A DNA stretch of 63,457 nucleotides from a virus (taxonomy: Duplodnaviria > Caudoviricetes): the IMG/VR virus record IMGVR_UViG_3300032782_000011, positions 1 to 63,457 of that record. One strand, written 5' to 3'. Position numbers and translations under genes: made by a program. The notes beneath the pieces are model-generated. The model saw only the letters and a program-made list of their open reading frames with translations, was not told where the DNA came from and did no database searches. How positions within the stretch are numbered: position 1 is the first letter of the stretch; each line of letters starts with the position of its first letter. This document shows positions 48,701-58,407 of the stretch, piece by piece.

Positions 48701-51700
48701 AACCATACCTACAGTTTCGGGACTATGGAGATTGACAGTTGCGGTCAAGCCTCAGGGAACTTCGGCAACACGACGGTCTTTAACGACCTAATAACAGAAA
48801 GCAACGCAGGGCCGCCCATCAAGGCGAATCTGTACCCATACGGGGTCGCGCAACTCACCATCAACTATGCCAACAACGCAGACTTGATTGGTGGTTCATC
48901 TACCCCCTACCTCGATGTAACAAACGCCACCATTGGCAGTGCGGCATTCAACTTCATCGGCTGCGGCACCTCAACTCAGCCACTGTTTGAGACGAATAGC
49001 GCCAATCCCTACAGTGGAATTCACCTCACGATGGGCTTGGGCTGCAACGGTGGCATCGGCTATCCTCCACTCGCAGGTGTCGTCTACGAGAATCTCTACC
49101 GTAACCAGTGGAAGTGGAACGGCATGCAGTTCGCCATGACGAATGGTGGGAGACTCACCGCGGGGCAGATTACGACGCCAGCGGTCGCTCCAACGGTCAC
49201 AGTCACGACTTCCTGCACAGGCTTCCCTCCTGCTGGCACCTATACCTACGGTGTTCTGGCATGGGACGCAACCTCGAATCCAGCGGCGGGCACGGGCGGC
49301 GCGACGACAGTTGGCCCGGCAAGCACGTCCGTCACGCTGAACGGCACTACCCAATGCGCCAGTATCGCGCAACCGACGCTGCCTACCGGAACAGCCTACT
49401 GGGGCACCGCTCGACTCTCCGGTCCTGGCTCCGTAGACCAAGTATTCATCTCCGGGGTGAGCAGCATCAATGCTTTCGTGCCCGTCACCACGACGACCAT
49501 CGTGGACCAGACGACATTCACGGCGGGTAGCGTACCGAGCATCAATACCACAGGTCTACAATCGGTCAGCGCTGGGAATATCACTGGGAACATCCAGCCG
49601 ATTACCATCGCACCGCTAACGGACAACACGGTACCCATTGGCACCAACTCGCTGCACTTCACAAATTTGTTCCTGAACACGCGTCAGGTCTCGACGTTGC
49701 CAACTGCTTCTACCAACTTGGGCGCGGTCTTTATCGTCACTGATGGTCAGAGCACAACGGATTGCACCTCGGGTGGCGGCTCATTCCAAGCGTGGTGCCG
49801 TTCGAATGGCACCTCATGGGGCTCCGTGAGCGGCGCGGTTGGGGGGTCGGTGACAGCGTTTACAGCACCTTCCGGTAGCTGGCCAACGTGGCTCGTACCT
49901 ACCGTGACCAATGGTACGACAACCCCGCAACTGACCGTGGCAGCTTCGACTATTCCAGTCGGCGCTGGCGGTACAGGTGCGACAACTCTCAGCGGCGTCA
50001 TCAAGGGTAATGCTACATCGCCATTCACCGTCGCGGCTGCGGCGGATATTTTTGGGCTATGGAGTGGGACTTGCAATCTAAGCACGAACTTCCTACGGAG
50101 TGATGGTGTATGCGCACCTCCTCCGGGTGGTATGGTCTATCCAAGTGGCTCGGGATTTGCCATCGTGGCGGGTGGCACTTCATGGGGAACGACACTAGCC
50201 GACCCCCTCACCCCAACTCATGGTGGCAGCGGCCTAAGCAACCCTGCACCTCACTCTCTCATGCTGGCTGAAGGCGCGAGCAACTATAACCTCGTCACGT
50301 CGCCATCGACCAATGGCTTCTATCAGTGCGGGTTCAACGTCACGGCGTCGGTGGCAGTGGACCTCACATGCGCGCCTGCTGGAGTTTCAGTAAATCTCTT
50401 GAGCGGCAACTACCCGCTCGTCTACAGCGACCGCGCCAGCTTTCAGCGTGAATCGAGCACTACGACTTCGACGTTGACGCTTCCTCAGGTGGCAGGTAAC
50501 ACCGCATCGAACTTCCCCTTCGTCACCGCAAACTTCAACTCCGCGAACGAGACGCTGCAAGCGAATGCGGCGGATAAAATCGATGGCGGCTCCTTAGGTG
50601 GTACACAGAACGTGCTTCCTGGTTGGGCGGCATTTGTCTACCAGGATTCCACATCAGCCCCCGGCAACTGGTGGAGCGTGATACTGCCAATGCTCAGCGC
50701 GTTGCCAACATCCTGCGCGGACAGTGGGGGCAACCACATCAACTTCACGGCTGCTGGAGGCTTTACCTGCGGCTCAACATCGAGTGGCGGCACACCCTCG
50801 TTCCCATTGACGGTTACAGGAACGGTGAACTCGGGTGGCATCCCCTACTTCAGTAGCACGACGCAGGAGTCTTCATCCGCAACGCTCGGGGCTGGAGCCA
50901 TCGTATTCGGTGGCGGCGCGGGTGGGGCTCCAACGACGGGCGCTGGCGACTTCACTTATTCCTCGCATACACTTTCTGGTGGCGCGTCGGCAATCTTCGA
51001 CCTGAGCGCGGCGGCTTCGTTTAAGATTCCGTCGAGTGCGGCCTGTGCTCCGACGACTGCGGCGCTGCTCTGCTATGATTCTACGAACAATCGATTCGTC
51101 GGTGGCAACGGGACGAACACTTCCTACCTCCCGTGGTTCCTTTCGGCTCCAGCCTCGCTTAATCTCGTGGAGTGGAACGGCACCCTCGGCAAGCAGGACG
51201 ATACGGGCATCGCTACAGCGAACGTGACACAGACCGTCGCTACGCCCTCAGCCAATCAGATTTGCGTCTACGCCTCCACAGCCAAGACCTGTACACCAAC
51301 CACGACACTCCCAACTCCTGCGGTCCCGGCATTCTCGGGTGACATGACCAATTCGTTGGGCTCGCTCGTTACTGCGGTCGGGAAAATCAACGGCGGTAGC
51401 TATCCTACCAACGCGCATGTCGTCGGTTCAAATGGTTCATCGCAGCCTACAACTTCTACCCGTACCGACATCGACGCTATTACCTATGCGGCAGGTGGCG
51501 GCTCGGCAAACGCGCAGACCGTGACACTCTCTCCTGCGGTGACTTCCTACACCACAGGGCTTACCGTCCGCTGGAAGCCCACGGCGGCGAACACGAACTC
51601 GACACCGACACTCGCGGTGAATGGCCTATCGGCTATCACCATCGTGAAAATCGGCGGCGCGACGCTCTCAAATAGCGACCTTACGACGACAGCGATAGCG

Positions 51701-52246
51701 ACGGCTATCTATGATGGAACGAACTTTGAGCTTCAGAATCCGCAGACCGGGCAGCCTGCTACGGGCACGGCTGGCGGAGACTTAACAGGTTCTTACCCGA
51801 ATCCTACCGTCGCGGCAAACGCTATCACGGGCGCGAAGATGGCCAACAACACCGTGACAGCCACGCAACTTGCCGCGCAGTATTCCAAGGGTTCCTGCAC
51901 GGAAGCATGGGGCGGGTCGGGAACTTCGCACGCGCTCACTTCCGGCGACGATGCAGTGGTGAACAACACCTGCTACAACGACTCCGGCGTGACGCGCACG
52001 ATTACGGCGGTGAAGTGCCGCAGCGACAACGGCTCCAACACCACGACAGTCAATCCCACATTCGGCTCGGCTGGAACGGGCACAACGATTCTCTCTGGGG
52101 CGCTGACCTGCGGAAACAGCTACGCGTACAGTTCCAGCGGGACGGTGTCGAACGCAAGCTGGACAACGGGCACGGGCATTGACCCGGCGATGGGCGGGAC
52201 GCTCACGGGTACGAGCATTGCCGTAATTATCGAGTACACATTCTGA
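45776..52246 (+). CDS. Giant tail fibre/spike (2156 aa) with N-terminal signal peptide
   Basis: MRRLLFIIGLLLCAATSA; ATIYADN...LANPFTA...FYAANGRYDV attachment-type domain; VVSFNGRTGAV, GGTGATT and GGDLTGSYPNP fibre motifs; beta-helix-like middle. Confidence 0.8.
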   Translation: MRRLLFIIGLLLCAATSAMGNEAAHGWCEVGAQVVVTSGLTSTTQVQRSFPQCTITVYNRGSSTLATIYADNSATPLANPFTAGTNGQWIFYAANGRYDVQMSGAGFPTPVTYTDILLNDFANQAPSIACTTVTYAPTLAFDATNNACYTVTLTGNLTFSITGTPANGNFLKLQLYEDGVGGHLITFPLNFSVPASVPVTTANYHNDLLFNYDTPNLEWQPAANFGGNGAGGVVSFNGRTGAVVSATNDYAFNQISGVAQPSQGGTGSATPTTNGVAVAQGASTPYLFVLPTNNAQCFMSDPTNYLLNPPSYQTCPSSTGGSSVGAQGTVNAAGASAGSFAQTSIWDINGPGGTYFRGLNPYIDVTHPTFGGYIGPHYNAAATTCTMSASSTTASCASASDFLGGQGILIVGAGPAPVIATPQAPTVTPLFQVGSTTRSYCIADRDWFGGLTPCSPVGSTAIAPSSMALQSYSIASWSWNSSTNTMTITTSANHNMPTTASGIASEPYAQVEIQAGTSSSGLCEGSFSLTAVPSATQLQFQRNELTSNPSCSGGTLRIAPKIILKWDSHYTYSVTAASCSAGTATISVSPVPLGPDGTWVIPSNVKAITSGISDSHYNGTVSVAPATGAFTFGLNCSGVTNVGAGGTLSLVPGKAVKNHLVYACNGGSCALPANAANYSLVGVAQGNDGYFIDRGWAISSSSVDLGAPSTAPTTAINEWLDTTITAGGGTTTLTLANPSTNAVTSAGAWHDNFPNILAACATLPANSSASNGGHIIVPATGSLYNYFPIIANLDLVGNFAQAPKNCPGNTTIDFGSEPWMDGSIMLGKGDAIQGAAVQGATNCQTTFYQMGPALGCGQGNSYPMIYFEPEQASSNFLKDFALNPQGAYQSGVMIDEQMNGDGTVSLRTDNFHVNGGIHSYPIIDRAGFQHSFNYGGWSNGGGNFSESIVYQFQPLCGMPNYYPFVAAPLPYIVNTNHTYSFGTMEIDSCGQASGNFGNTTVFNDLITESNAGPPIKANLYPYGVAQLTINYANNADLIGGSSTPYLDVTNATIGSAAFNFIGCGTSTQPLFETNSANPYSGIHLTMGLGCNGGIGYPPLAGVVYENLYRNQWKWNGMQFAMTNGGRLTAGQITTPAVAPTVTVTTSCTGFPPAGTYTYGVLAWDATSNPAAGTGGATTVGPASTSVTLNGTTQCASIAQPTLPTGTAYWGTARLSGPGSVDQVFISGVSSINAFVPVTTTTIVDQTTFTAGSVPSINTTGLQSVSAGNITGNIQPITIAPLTDNTVPIGTNSLHFTNLFLNTRQVSTLPTASTNLGAVFIVTDGQSTTDCTSGGGSFQAWCRSNGTSWGSVSGAVGGSVTAFTAPSGSWPTWLVPTVTNGTTTPQLTVAASTIPVGAGGTGATTLSGVIKGNATSPFTVAAAADIFGLWSGTCNLSTNFLRSDGVCAPPPGGMVYPSGSGFAIVAGGTSWGTTLADPLTPTHGGSGLSNPAPHSLMLAEGASNYNLVTSPSTNGFYQCGFNVTASVAVDLTCAPAGVSVNLLSGNYPLVYSDRASFQRESSTTTSTLTLPQVAGNTASNFPFVTANFNSANETLQANAADKIDGGSLGGTQNVLPGWAAFVYQDSTSAPGNWWSVILPMLSALPTSCADSGGNHINFTAAGGFTCGSTSSGGTPSFPLTVTGTVNSGGIPYFSSTTQESSSATLGAGAIVFGGGAGGAPTTGAGDFTYSSHTLSGGASAIFDLSAAASFKIPSSAACAPTTAALLCYDSTNNRFVGGNGTNTSYLPWFLSAPASLNLVEWNGTLGKQDDTGIATANVTQTVATPSANQICVYASTAKTCTPTTTLPTPAVPAFSGDMTNSLGSLVTAVGKINGGSYPTNAHVVGSNGSSQPTTSTRTDIDAITYAAGGGSANAQTVTLSPAVTSYTTGLTVRWKPTAANTNSTPTLAVNGLSAITIVKIGGATLSNSDLTTTAIATAIYDGTNFELQNPQTGQPATGTAGGDLTGSYPNPTVAANAITGAKMANNTVTATQLAAQYSKGSCTEAWGGSGTSHALTSGDDAVVNNTCYNDSGVTRTITAVKCRSDNGSNTTTVNPTFGSAGTGTTILSGALTCGNSYAYSSSGTVSNASWTTGTGIDPAMGGTLTGTSIAVIIEYTF

Positions 52247-53838
52247 TGAAGCGACTGATTCCAATTCTCCTGTGGGCTTCGGTAGTGATGGGCCAAAGCC
52301 AGACGATCACCGCGTCGTTTCCGATAGCCGCCGCTCCGTCCATCCCCACGCTCGTGCAGGTAAAAGCTACTCCCTCGGATGTGCAAAGTACGGGGCCGTT
52401 AATCAGTAATGGGGCTTTCATAGTCACCTGCTTTGCAAATACCACGCAGGTTAACAACACTGTGATCGTCCGGCTCACCACGCCATCAACTACGGGGAAC
52501 GTCACTTCCGTAACCGATGATGGCTCCTCCTCGAATACCTATACCTTGCAGAAGAACGAAACGGCTGGAAGCGAAACACTAGCGATCTACAGTGCCCCAG
52601 TTGTCCATGCCTCACGGTGTGTCACTGTAACATTCACGCTCGGTACTGGAGCGACGGTGATTGGCAATCAGGTTAAGCTCTATGAGTTTGACAATCTCAG
52701 CACCGCGTCGGGCACAGGTTCGGTGGATGTTACCTGCTCAGGCACGGCCACAAGCGGGACGGCTCCGGCGTGCGGCTCCAGCATGACTCCCACTTTGTCG
52801 AATGATCTTGTGATGACATTCATGGATGTGGTGAGTTTCAGTTCTAAGCCCGCCACGTCAGTTACTTTCACCGCGCAGACCGGGACAGCGCCAACTTACA
52901 GTTTGGTGGACGCGGCGGGCACAGACTGGACCGCCAGCCAGTACGCCACCAACGCTGCCCTTTCCGCGATCACGCCATCCATCACCGTTTCGCAGGCAGT
53001 CACCCGCGCTAACGTGGTGGGAATCGCTTTCAAGGCTGCGAGCAATGGGGGAACCTATAGCGGCGTGCATGTCAATAATGTCACGTTCAACGCCCCGCAA
53101 TACAGTCAATCCTCGTCGTTCACGGGGACGACTTTCGTGGTGCAGTTCCCATGTTTTGGAAACGATCTGTGGGTACTGATTGGGCAGGGAGCGAGCAGTT
53201 CCACTGACAACACAACCAGCATCGGATCGGACAGCAACAGCAACTCCTGGACAGGACTCACCAACGTCTATAGTTCTGGGGACGGTTACGCTGTTCGCTG
53301 GTGGCACGCCGATTCAGCTACCTGCAACGGCACGGAAAAGTTCACGATCAACTTCACTTCCAATCCATCGTATATGTTCCTTCTGACGGTGGATATAGGC
53401 AACTCCGGCGGTTACGATTCGACTGCTGGAAATGTCACTTTGAACAGCGGCAACTCCGCAACCAATCCGCCGACAACGGTTTCGGGCGGCTCCATCACTC
53501 CCAGCACGACCAATGGCGTGATTTTGAGCTATATCAACCAGGACTACGATACGGCCAGCGCCGTTTCGACCTCTGCTGCTGGCGGGATATGGGCTAGTGA
53601 CAATATGAGTTGCCCGAATGCGACAGGTGGCACAGGATGTGCAGCCCTTGGTACTTCTGGATCATATTACGCCTACTCTGGCTCGGGTTTCGAGCAGGAC
53701 GGTGGATTCATGGTGGACTATTACGGCAATTCCACTTCGTCGGTTTCGACAACCTGGACGTGGGGCACGCTGGGCAACACGCAAAATCGTGCGATTGGGC
53801 CTTATTTCTACTCTAGCGTCGTGGTGAAACATAATTGA
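52246..53838 (+). CDS. Secreted-type Ser/Thr-rich beta-sandwich protein (fibre/adhesin), 530 aa
   Basis: MKRLIPILLWASVVMG-Q signal peptide; VTDDGSSSNTY-type modules. Confidence 0.7.
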   Translation: MKRLIPILLWASVVMGQSQTITASFPIAAAPSIPTLVQVKATPSDVQSTGPLISNGAFIVTCFANTTQVNNTVIVRLTTPSTTGNVTSVTDDGSSSNTYTLQKNETAGSETLAIYSAPVVHASRCVTVTFTLGTGATVIGNQVKLYEFDNLSTASGTGSVDVTCSGTATSGTAPACGSSMTPTLSNDLVMTFMDVVSFSSKPATSVTFTAQTGTAPTYSLVDAAGTDWTASQYATNAALSAITPSITVSQAVTRANVVGIAFKAASNGGTYSGVHVNNVTFNAPQYSQSSSFTGTTFVVQFPCFGNDLWVLIGQGASSSTDNTTSIGSDSNSNSWTGLTNVYSSGDGYAVRWWHADSATCNGTEKFTINFTSNPSYMFLLTVDIGNSGGYDSTAGNVTLNSGNSATNPPTTVSGGSITPSTTNGVILSYINQDYDTASAVSTSAAGGIWASDNMSCPNATGGTGCAALGTSGSYYAYSGSGFEQDGGFMVDYYGNSTSSVSTTWTWGTLGNTQNRAIGPYFYSSVVVKHN

Positions 53839-56800
53839 AAATACGCTGGCTCATCCCATTCCTGCTCCTCTGGCCCTGCTGCGTTTTCGGGCAAGCCACT
53901 TACAATGCCGCCGGATGCTCGCTCGCGCAGGTGCAGGCGGCCTATGCAACCGAACAGGCCAGCAAAGTGGATGGCGACATCATTGCGGTGCCTTCCTGCG
54001 GAACTACTACGTGGTCCTCATCGTGGAGCATTTCTCCAACGAACTCGCTGACGATTCAGGGCAATTCGACAACCAGCGGAACGTGCGCTCCCGGCGGCTC
54101 ATGCACGGCTACCGATAACACCAACATCGCCCTCAGTTCTACTTTTTCCGTCACGACAGCAGCGGGGAAATCGTTCCGCTTTACTGGCTTTTCCATAACC
54201 GTCTCGGGGACTGCCCGTTATGGAGCAACAAATTTCACGGGGGCATCGACGGCAGTTCGCGTGGATCACAATCATTTTATCGAGAATGTTCCAGGCGACC
54301 ATACGATCCAGGTTGACGGGATAAGAGGAGTATTCGATCACAACTATCTTGAGACTCCGGTAGGCGAAAATATCAACTTTTTCCAAATCTCCAACTATGG
54401 GACCGATGGCAATGCGAATATCATCTGGACGGTCGCTGAGAATTTTGGAAGCAGCGACTTTGTTTTTCTGGAAAATAATTACTTCACGGGATCGTTCATC
54501 TACGACTGCGACTACGGCGGAAAGATTGTCTTGCGCTACAACATCCTGTGGTACGGAACGCAACTTCAAACGCATGGCGTAGGCTCTGGAGCGCAGCGGC
54601 GCGGCTGCCGGGCGATGGAAACTTACGAGAATGCCTTCACCTATAGCAACAGCCCGAATACAAACAGCTTTTCTTTCCTGGTTGATTACGAAAGTGGTCC
54701 GATGATGTTCTGGGGCAACACGGTAACAGCCTTTGTGACCATGTTGCGCGAGCAGGAAGTGCGGGCCGACAATGCTACCTATGGGCAGACGGCGACCCCC
54801 AACGGCTGGGGATACTGCGGAACAGCATTCAACGGCACAGGCTCCAACTGGGACCAAAACAGCAATACCTCTAGCGGTTATGCGTGCATTGACCAAGTAG
54901 GACGCGGAGCGGGGCAGCTACTCACAGGCTCGTTTCCATCGCTCATCAACAGCAGCACGGGCACTATCGCATGGCCCAACCAGACCCTCGTACCCACCTA
55001 CTCCTGGGGCAACACGCAGAACACCAACAGTTACGCCACGAACCACTTCTGGCAGACCTATGAAAGCCCTGCCCGCGTCACCGAGAACACAGAGTATTAC
55101 AACCAATACCCGAATGTGGACCATGCGGGAGCGTTCACCGGAGCAGGCGGAACAGGATGCGGACCAACTACCGGAGTCGGCTGCCCAGCGAATGCGGTAG
55201 CTCGGCCAGCCACCTGCACGACTGGCGTTGTCTGGTGGGATGTTTCCAACCAGTACCTTGACAAATGCACCTCGACCAATACTTGGACGAATGCCTTTTA
55301 CACACCCTACACCTACCCGCATCCGTTGACGCAGACCACACAGACCCCCGGCTTCGTCTCGGAATCCGGCAAGAACTCGACGCTGAGTGTGGCGCTGGGA
55401 GCGAGCGGTGGAGGCGGATTCATCCCGACGAGCACCTGCGCCAGTTATTCCTACTGCTTGCCGTTCGCGGAAAGCACACTCGCTGGCAACTTCGGGATTG
55501 CGGCATTCCAGTATGCGAACGGGACCGCTGTGACAACCACGGCCACCGACGACAAATCCGATACTTGGACGTGCCTGACCTCATCATCTGCAAGTTCGAG
55601 CAAGATGCTGGGTATCTGCTACGCGCCCAACCTCACCGCCGGGGCGAGCAAAGTAACGGTGACGTTCGGGACAACCGCTGTTACGCAAGTGCAGGCCGAT
55701 GTCGCGCAGTTCTATAACATTGCGGCATCCTCCCCGCTCGTGACGAGCAACTCCGTCGTAGGGACAAGCTCCACAACCATGACCGGGCCATCGCTCACGA
55801 CTTCAGCGAATGACCTTGTGTACGCCATGTTCTGCCGTACCGGCACGCCGCTGATGACCTCAGGCTCGTTCACTCCCGGCTCGGGCTTCACGCTGGGCCT
55901 GACGAAGTATCAAGACGGTTGCGCCACTGAATGGCAGGTGTCTACAGGTGGCTCCGTCACGCCCACCATGACGATGGGCAGTGCCTCCACCTACATCGTC
56001 TATGCAGCGGACTTTGCGGCTTCGACATCCCCACAAGGCAGCGCCCCGACCGCGCCGTACCTCCAGCGCGTGATGTCGTGGAGTTCGCAATCGGGTGTAT
56101 CTGCCTCAACTACGAAGTTCCAGCTTCCCAACGGCAGCAATGACTTGCTCGTGATGACCGGAGCCGGAGCCGCCAACTACCTCGGCAATAGCATCACCGA
56201 TTCCGGCTCGAATACCTGGACGCTTGCCGGGCAATGCCAGCAGAATAATACCGGAGCCGGGAACTGCACGAGCTCTGGCGGCTATTCCTATGAGTTCTAC
56301 AAGACAGGTGCGGCGGCCAACACCACCAACACGCAGACCGTGAACTTCACAGGCTCCGGCGATGCGACGATTTTCTTCTACGATTTCGTCGGCTCGTTCA
56401 CCTATAACACGCGCAGCCAGCAATCCTCGAACTCCAGTACGACGAACACACTCCCCGCATCAGCCTTCTCGTTCAATCCCGGAGCGACAAACGCGCTGAC
56501 CATTGCCATCGGGCCGATTGCGTTCAACACGGCGGCTTCGGTGGCGCAACCATCGTCGAACGCCACGAACTACTTTGACGGCGGCTGGTTCGGCGGGGAA
56601 ACCATCAACGGAGGAGGAACGCCGGAATCCATCATTGACCAGAACAACATCTTCAGCCACACCTATACGACAACCAGCGGCGCGAAGAACTGGCAATGGA
56701 ATACGGCGGTGAATAGCAGCGAGGCGAACAACGTCGGCGTGGACTTCATCAGCTTCACGATAGGGGCAGGCGGCGGCAGTGTCTCCCTTGCGCCAACCTC

Positions 56801-57485
56801 GCAGAACTTCGGCTCTGTGAATGTCAATTCGTCCTCCTCGCCCACAACATTCACGCTGACCAACAATTCCAGCAGCAACGCGACATCGGTAGCAACGTCC
56901 ATCACGGGAACAAATTCCGGGGACTTCACGAAGGGCAGCGATACCTGCAACGGGAGCAGTGTTTCGGCCTCGGGTGGAACTTGCAGCCTGACCGTCACAT
57001 TCTCGCCAACGGCCAGCGGGTCGCGCTCGGCAACGCTCAGTATCTCCTACTCAGGAGCGGACGGAGCCTCACCAAAGACCGCAGTGCTCTCAGGCATTGG
57101 AATTGTGGCGGTTACGCCGACGTTCACTCCAAGCAGTGGGACATCTACGACGCCAATCGTCGTTACTGTCTCGACGACAGCGGGTACAGTTATCTGCCAT
57201 GGAACCACGAATCCTCCAGTCACGAATGGTGCAGGGACCGGATGCTCGACAGGAACGGCCATCACCACCAACTCCGGCACGAATTGTGTGGCGAGTTCCA
57301 CTGTCTGTGGAGACTTCACGGTGACAACCTCGCAGACGCAGTACGCCGTTGCTGGCCTGAACGCACAATCTGATTCGAGTGTGGCGAGCGCAGTATACAC
57401 AGTAACTCCACCAGCAGTAGCACCTAAAGCAACGATTCTCGCGGGTACCATTATCCTAAATGGAGGAGAGGTGATAATCCCATGA
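53835..57485 (+). CDS. Secreted-type multidomain protein (beta-helix, beta-sandwiches, ASH-like Ig and FN3-associated domains), 1216 aa
   Basis: MKIRWLIPFLLLWPCCVFG-Q signal; RVDHNHF/VFDHNY beta-helix; YTPYTYPHPL; FGSVNV...TFTLTN...C...CSLTVTFSPTASGSRSATL; TPTFTPSSGT...SSVASAVYT. Confidence 0.75.
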   Translation: MKIRWLIPFLLLWPCCVFGQATYNAAGCSLAQVQAAYATEQASKVDGDIIAVPSCGTTTWSSSWSISPTNSLTIQGNSTTSGTCAPGGSCTATDNTNIALSSTFSVTTAAGKSFRFTGFSITVSGTARYGATNFTGASTAVRVDHNHFIENVPGDHTIQVDGIRGVFDHNYLETPVGENINFFQISNYGTDGNANIIWTVAENFGSSDFVFLENNYFTGSFIYDCDYGGKIVLRYNILWYGTQLQTHGVGSGAQRRGCRAMETYENAFTYSNSPNTNSFSFLVDYESGPMMFWGNTVTAFVTMLREQEVRADNATYGQTATPNGWGYCGTAFNGTGSNWDQNSNTSSGYACIDQVGRGAGQLLTGSFPSLINSSTGTIAWPNQTLVPTYSWGNTQNTNSYATNHFWQTYESPARVTENTEYYNQYPNVDHAGAFTGAGGTGCGPTTGVGCPANAVARPATCTTGVVWWDVSNQYLDKCTSTNTWTNAFYTPYTYPHPLTQTTQTPGFVSESGKNSTLSVALGASGGGGFIPTSTCASYSYCLPFAESTLAGNFGIAAFQYANGTAVTTTATDDKSDTWTCLTSSSASSSKMLGICYAPNLTAGASKVTVTFGTTAVTQVQADVAQFYNIAASSPLVTSNSVVGTSSTTMTGPSLTTSANDLVYAMFCRTGTPLMTSGSFTPGSGFTLGLTKYQDGCATEWQVSTGGSVTPTMTMGSASTYIVYAADFAASTSPQGSAPTAPYLQRVMSWSSQSGVSASTTKFQLPNGSNDLLVMTGAGAANYLGNSITDSGSNTWTLAGQCQQNNTGAGNCTSSGGYSYEFYKTGAAANTTNTQTVNFTGSGDATIFFYDFVGSFTYNTRSQQSSNSSTTNTLPASAFSFNPGATNALTIAIGPIAFNTAASVAQPSSNATNYFDGGWFGGETINGGGTPESIIDQNNIFSHTYTTTSGAKNWQWNTAVNSSEANNVGVDFISFTIGAGGGSVSLAPTSQNFGSVNVNSSSSPTTFTLTNNSSSNATSVATSITGTNSGDFTKGSDTCNGSSVSASGGTCSLTVTFSPTASGSRSATLSISYSGADGASPKTAVLSGIGIVAVTPTFTPSSGTSTTPIVVTVSTTAGTVICHGTTNPPVTNGAGTGCSTGTAITTNSGTNCVASSTVCGDFTVTTSQTQYAVAGLNAQSDSSVASAVYTVTPPAVAPKATILAGTIILNGGEVIIP

Positions 57486-57889
57486 TTAGGTGGATAGTAC
57501 TAATAGCAGTAGCATGTCTCTCAGGGTTCATCGGGAGTTCCTTGTCAAGAGTCCACGCACAGTCGGGCCAAGTTGTGTTTCTGGGCGCTGCTGCGGGAAC
57601 GACGCTTGCAGCTAATTGCCCTGCGACTCCAACCACACCGAGCATCTGTGTTGTCGGCTCAGCTGTGTATATCTGGCAAAGTTCCACGACGGGGTGGTTC
57701 GCTCCACAGCCACCAGCGGCAGGGTCGAGTATCTCTTCTATTCAACTTTGCAACCTCGCTGGAGCAAACTGTGGCACCGCTCAAACTGGCCCAAACGTCG
57801 TTCTGAAAGTCCCTCAGTCAGTGGCCGTCACCGTAGGCAACCCGACTGTCACAGCCACGCAGGGGGCGGTGAGCGCGACGCTTCAGTGA
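57482..57889 (+). CDS. Small secreted-type protein
   Basis: Signal peptide ending VHA-Q; two Cys pairs. Confidence 0.7.
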   Translation: MIRWIVLIAVACLSGFIGSSLSRVHAQSGQVVFLGAAAGTTLAANCPATPTTPSICVVGSAVYIWQSSTTGWFAPQPPAAGSSISSIQLCNLAGANCGTAQTGPNVVLKVPQSVAVTVGNPTVTATQGAVSATLQ

Positions 57890-57967
57890 GGAGGCAAAAT
57901 AAGTGCTGGATACCCAACGAAATATGATGTATATAGGGTACCAGTACTGCTCGTCCGGGGAAGGAGT

Positions 57968-58204
57968 GTGATGAATCCGCAACTGAAAAATGTCTTGGTA
58001 ATATCAGCGAAGCAAGGACTTAACGCCCTACTAGTGAACACTGCTGCCTCTCAGTTTTGGCCACAGATATTCACCATCCATACAAAAGCTGGGCTATTCA
58101 ACTTTCTCTACCTCATTGGGGCTCAAGTTGGCGCAAGAGAGGTGGCCGTATGGCTTCCCGTACTACTCCGTTGGTCAACAACCAACGCGGACCCAACACT
58201 CTAG
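57968..58204 (+). CDS. Holin-like membrane protein
   Basis: AAGGAG RBS; small with hydrophobic segments. Confidence 0.5.
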   Translation: MMNPQLKNVLVISAKQGLNALLVNTAASQFWPQIFTIHTKAGLFNFLYLIGAQVGAREVAVWLPVLLRWSTTNADPTL

Positions 58205-58215
58205 GGGGCCAACCC

Positions 58216-58407
58216 GTGACATTCGACGATAACTCGTTCGAAGGGCGAGTGTTGAAGAGCCTAACTCGCATCGAGGAACGGATGAGGGACCTGCCTGACC
58301 ATGAGCGCAGGCTTAGATGGCTGGAGCGAGCCGCTTACATTCTAGTAGGCGCATGGACATTTCTCGCCGTTTGGTTGAAGGTGCATATTATGGGAGGAGG
58401 TAAGTGA
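58216..58407 (+). CDS. XhlA-like coiled-coil plus TM protein (holin/antiholin-type)
   Basis: LTRIEER...DHERRLRWLE plus C-terminal TM; GGGGG RBS with GTG. Confidence 0.6.
   Translation: MTFDDNSFEGRVLKSLTRIEERMRDLPDHERRLRWLERAAYILVGAWTFLAVWLKVHIMGGGK

Noticed and set aside
45776-57889. Diversity-generating retroelement targeting the fibres
   Set aside because: No reverse transcriptase and no TR/VR repeat pair seen.
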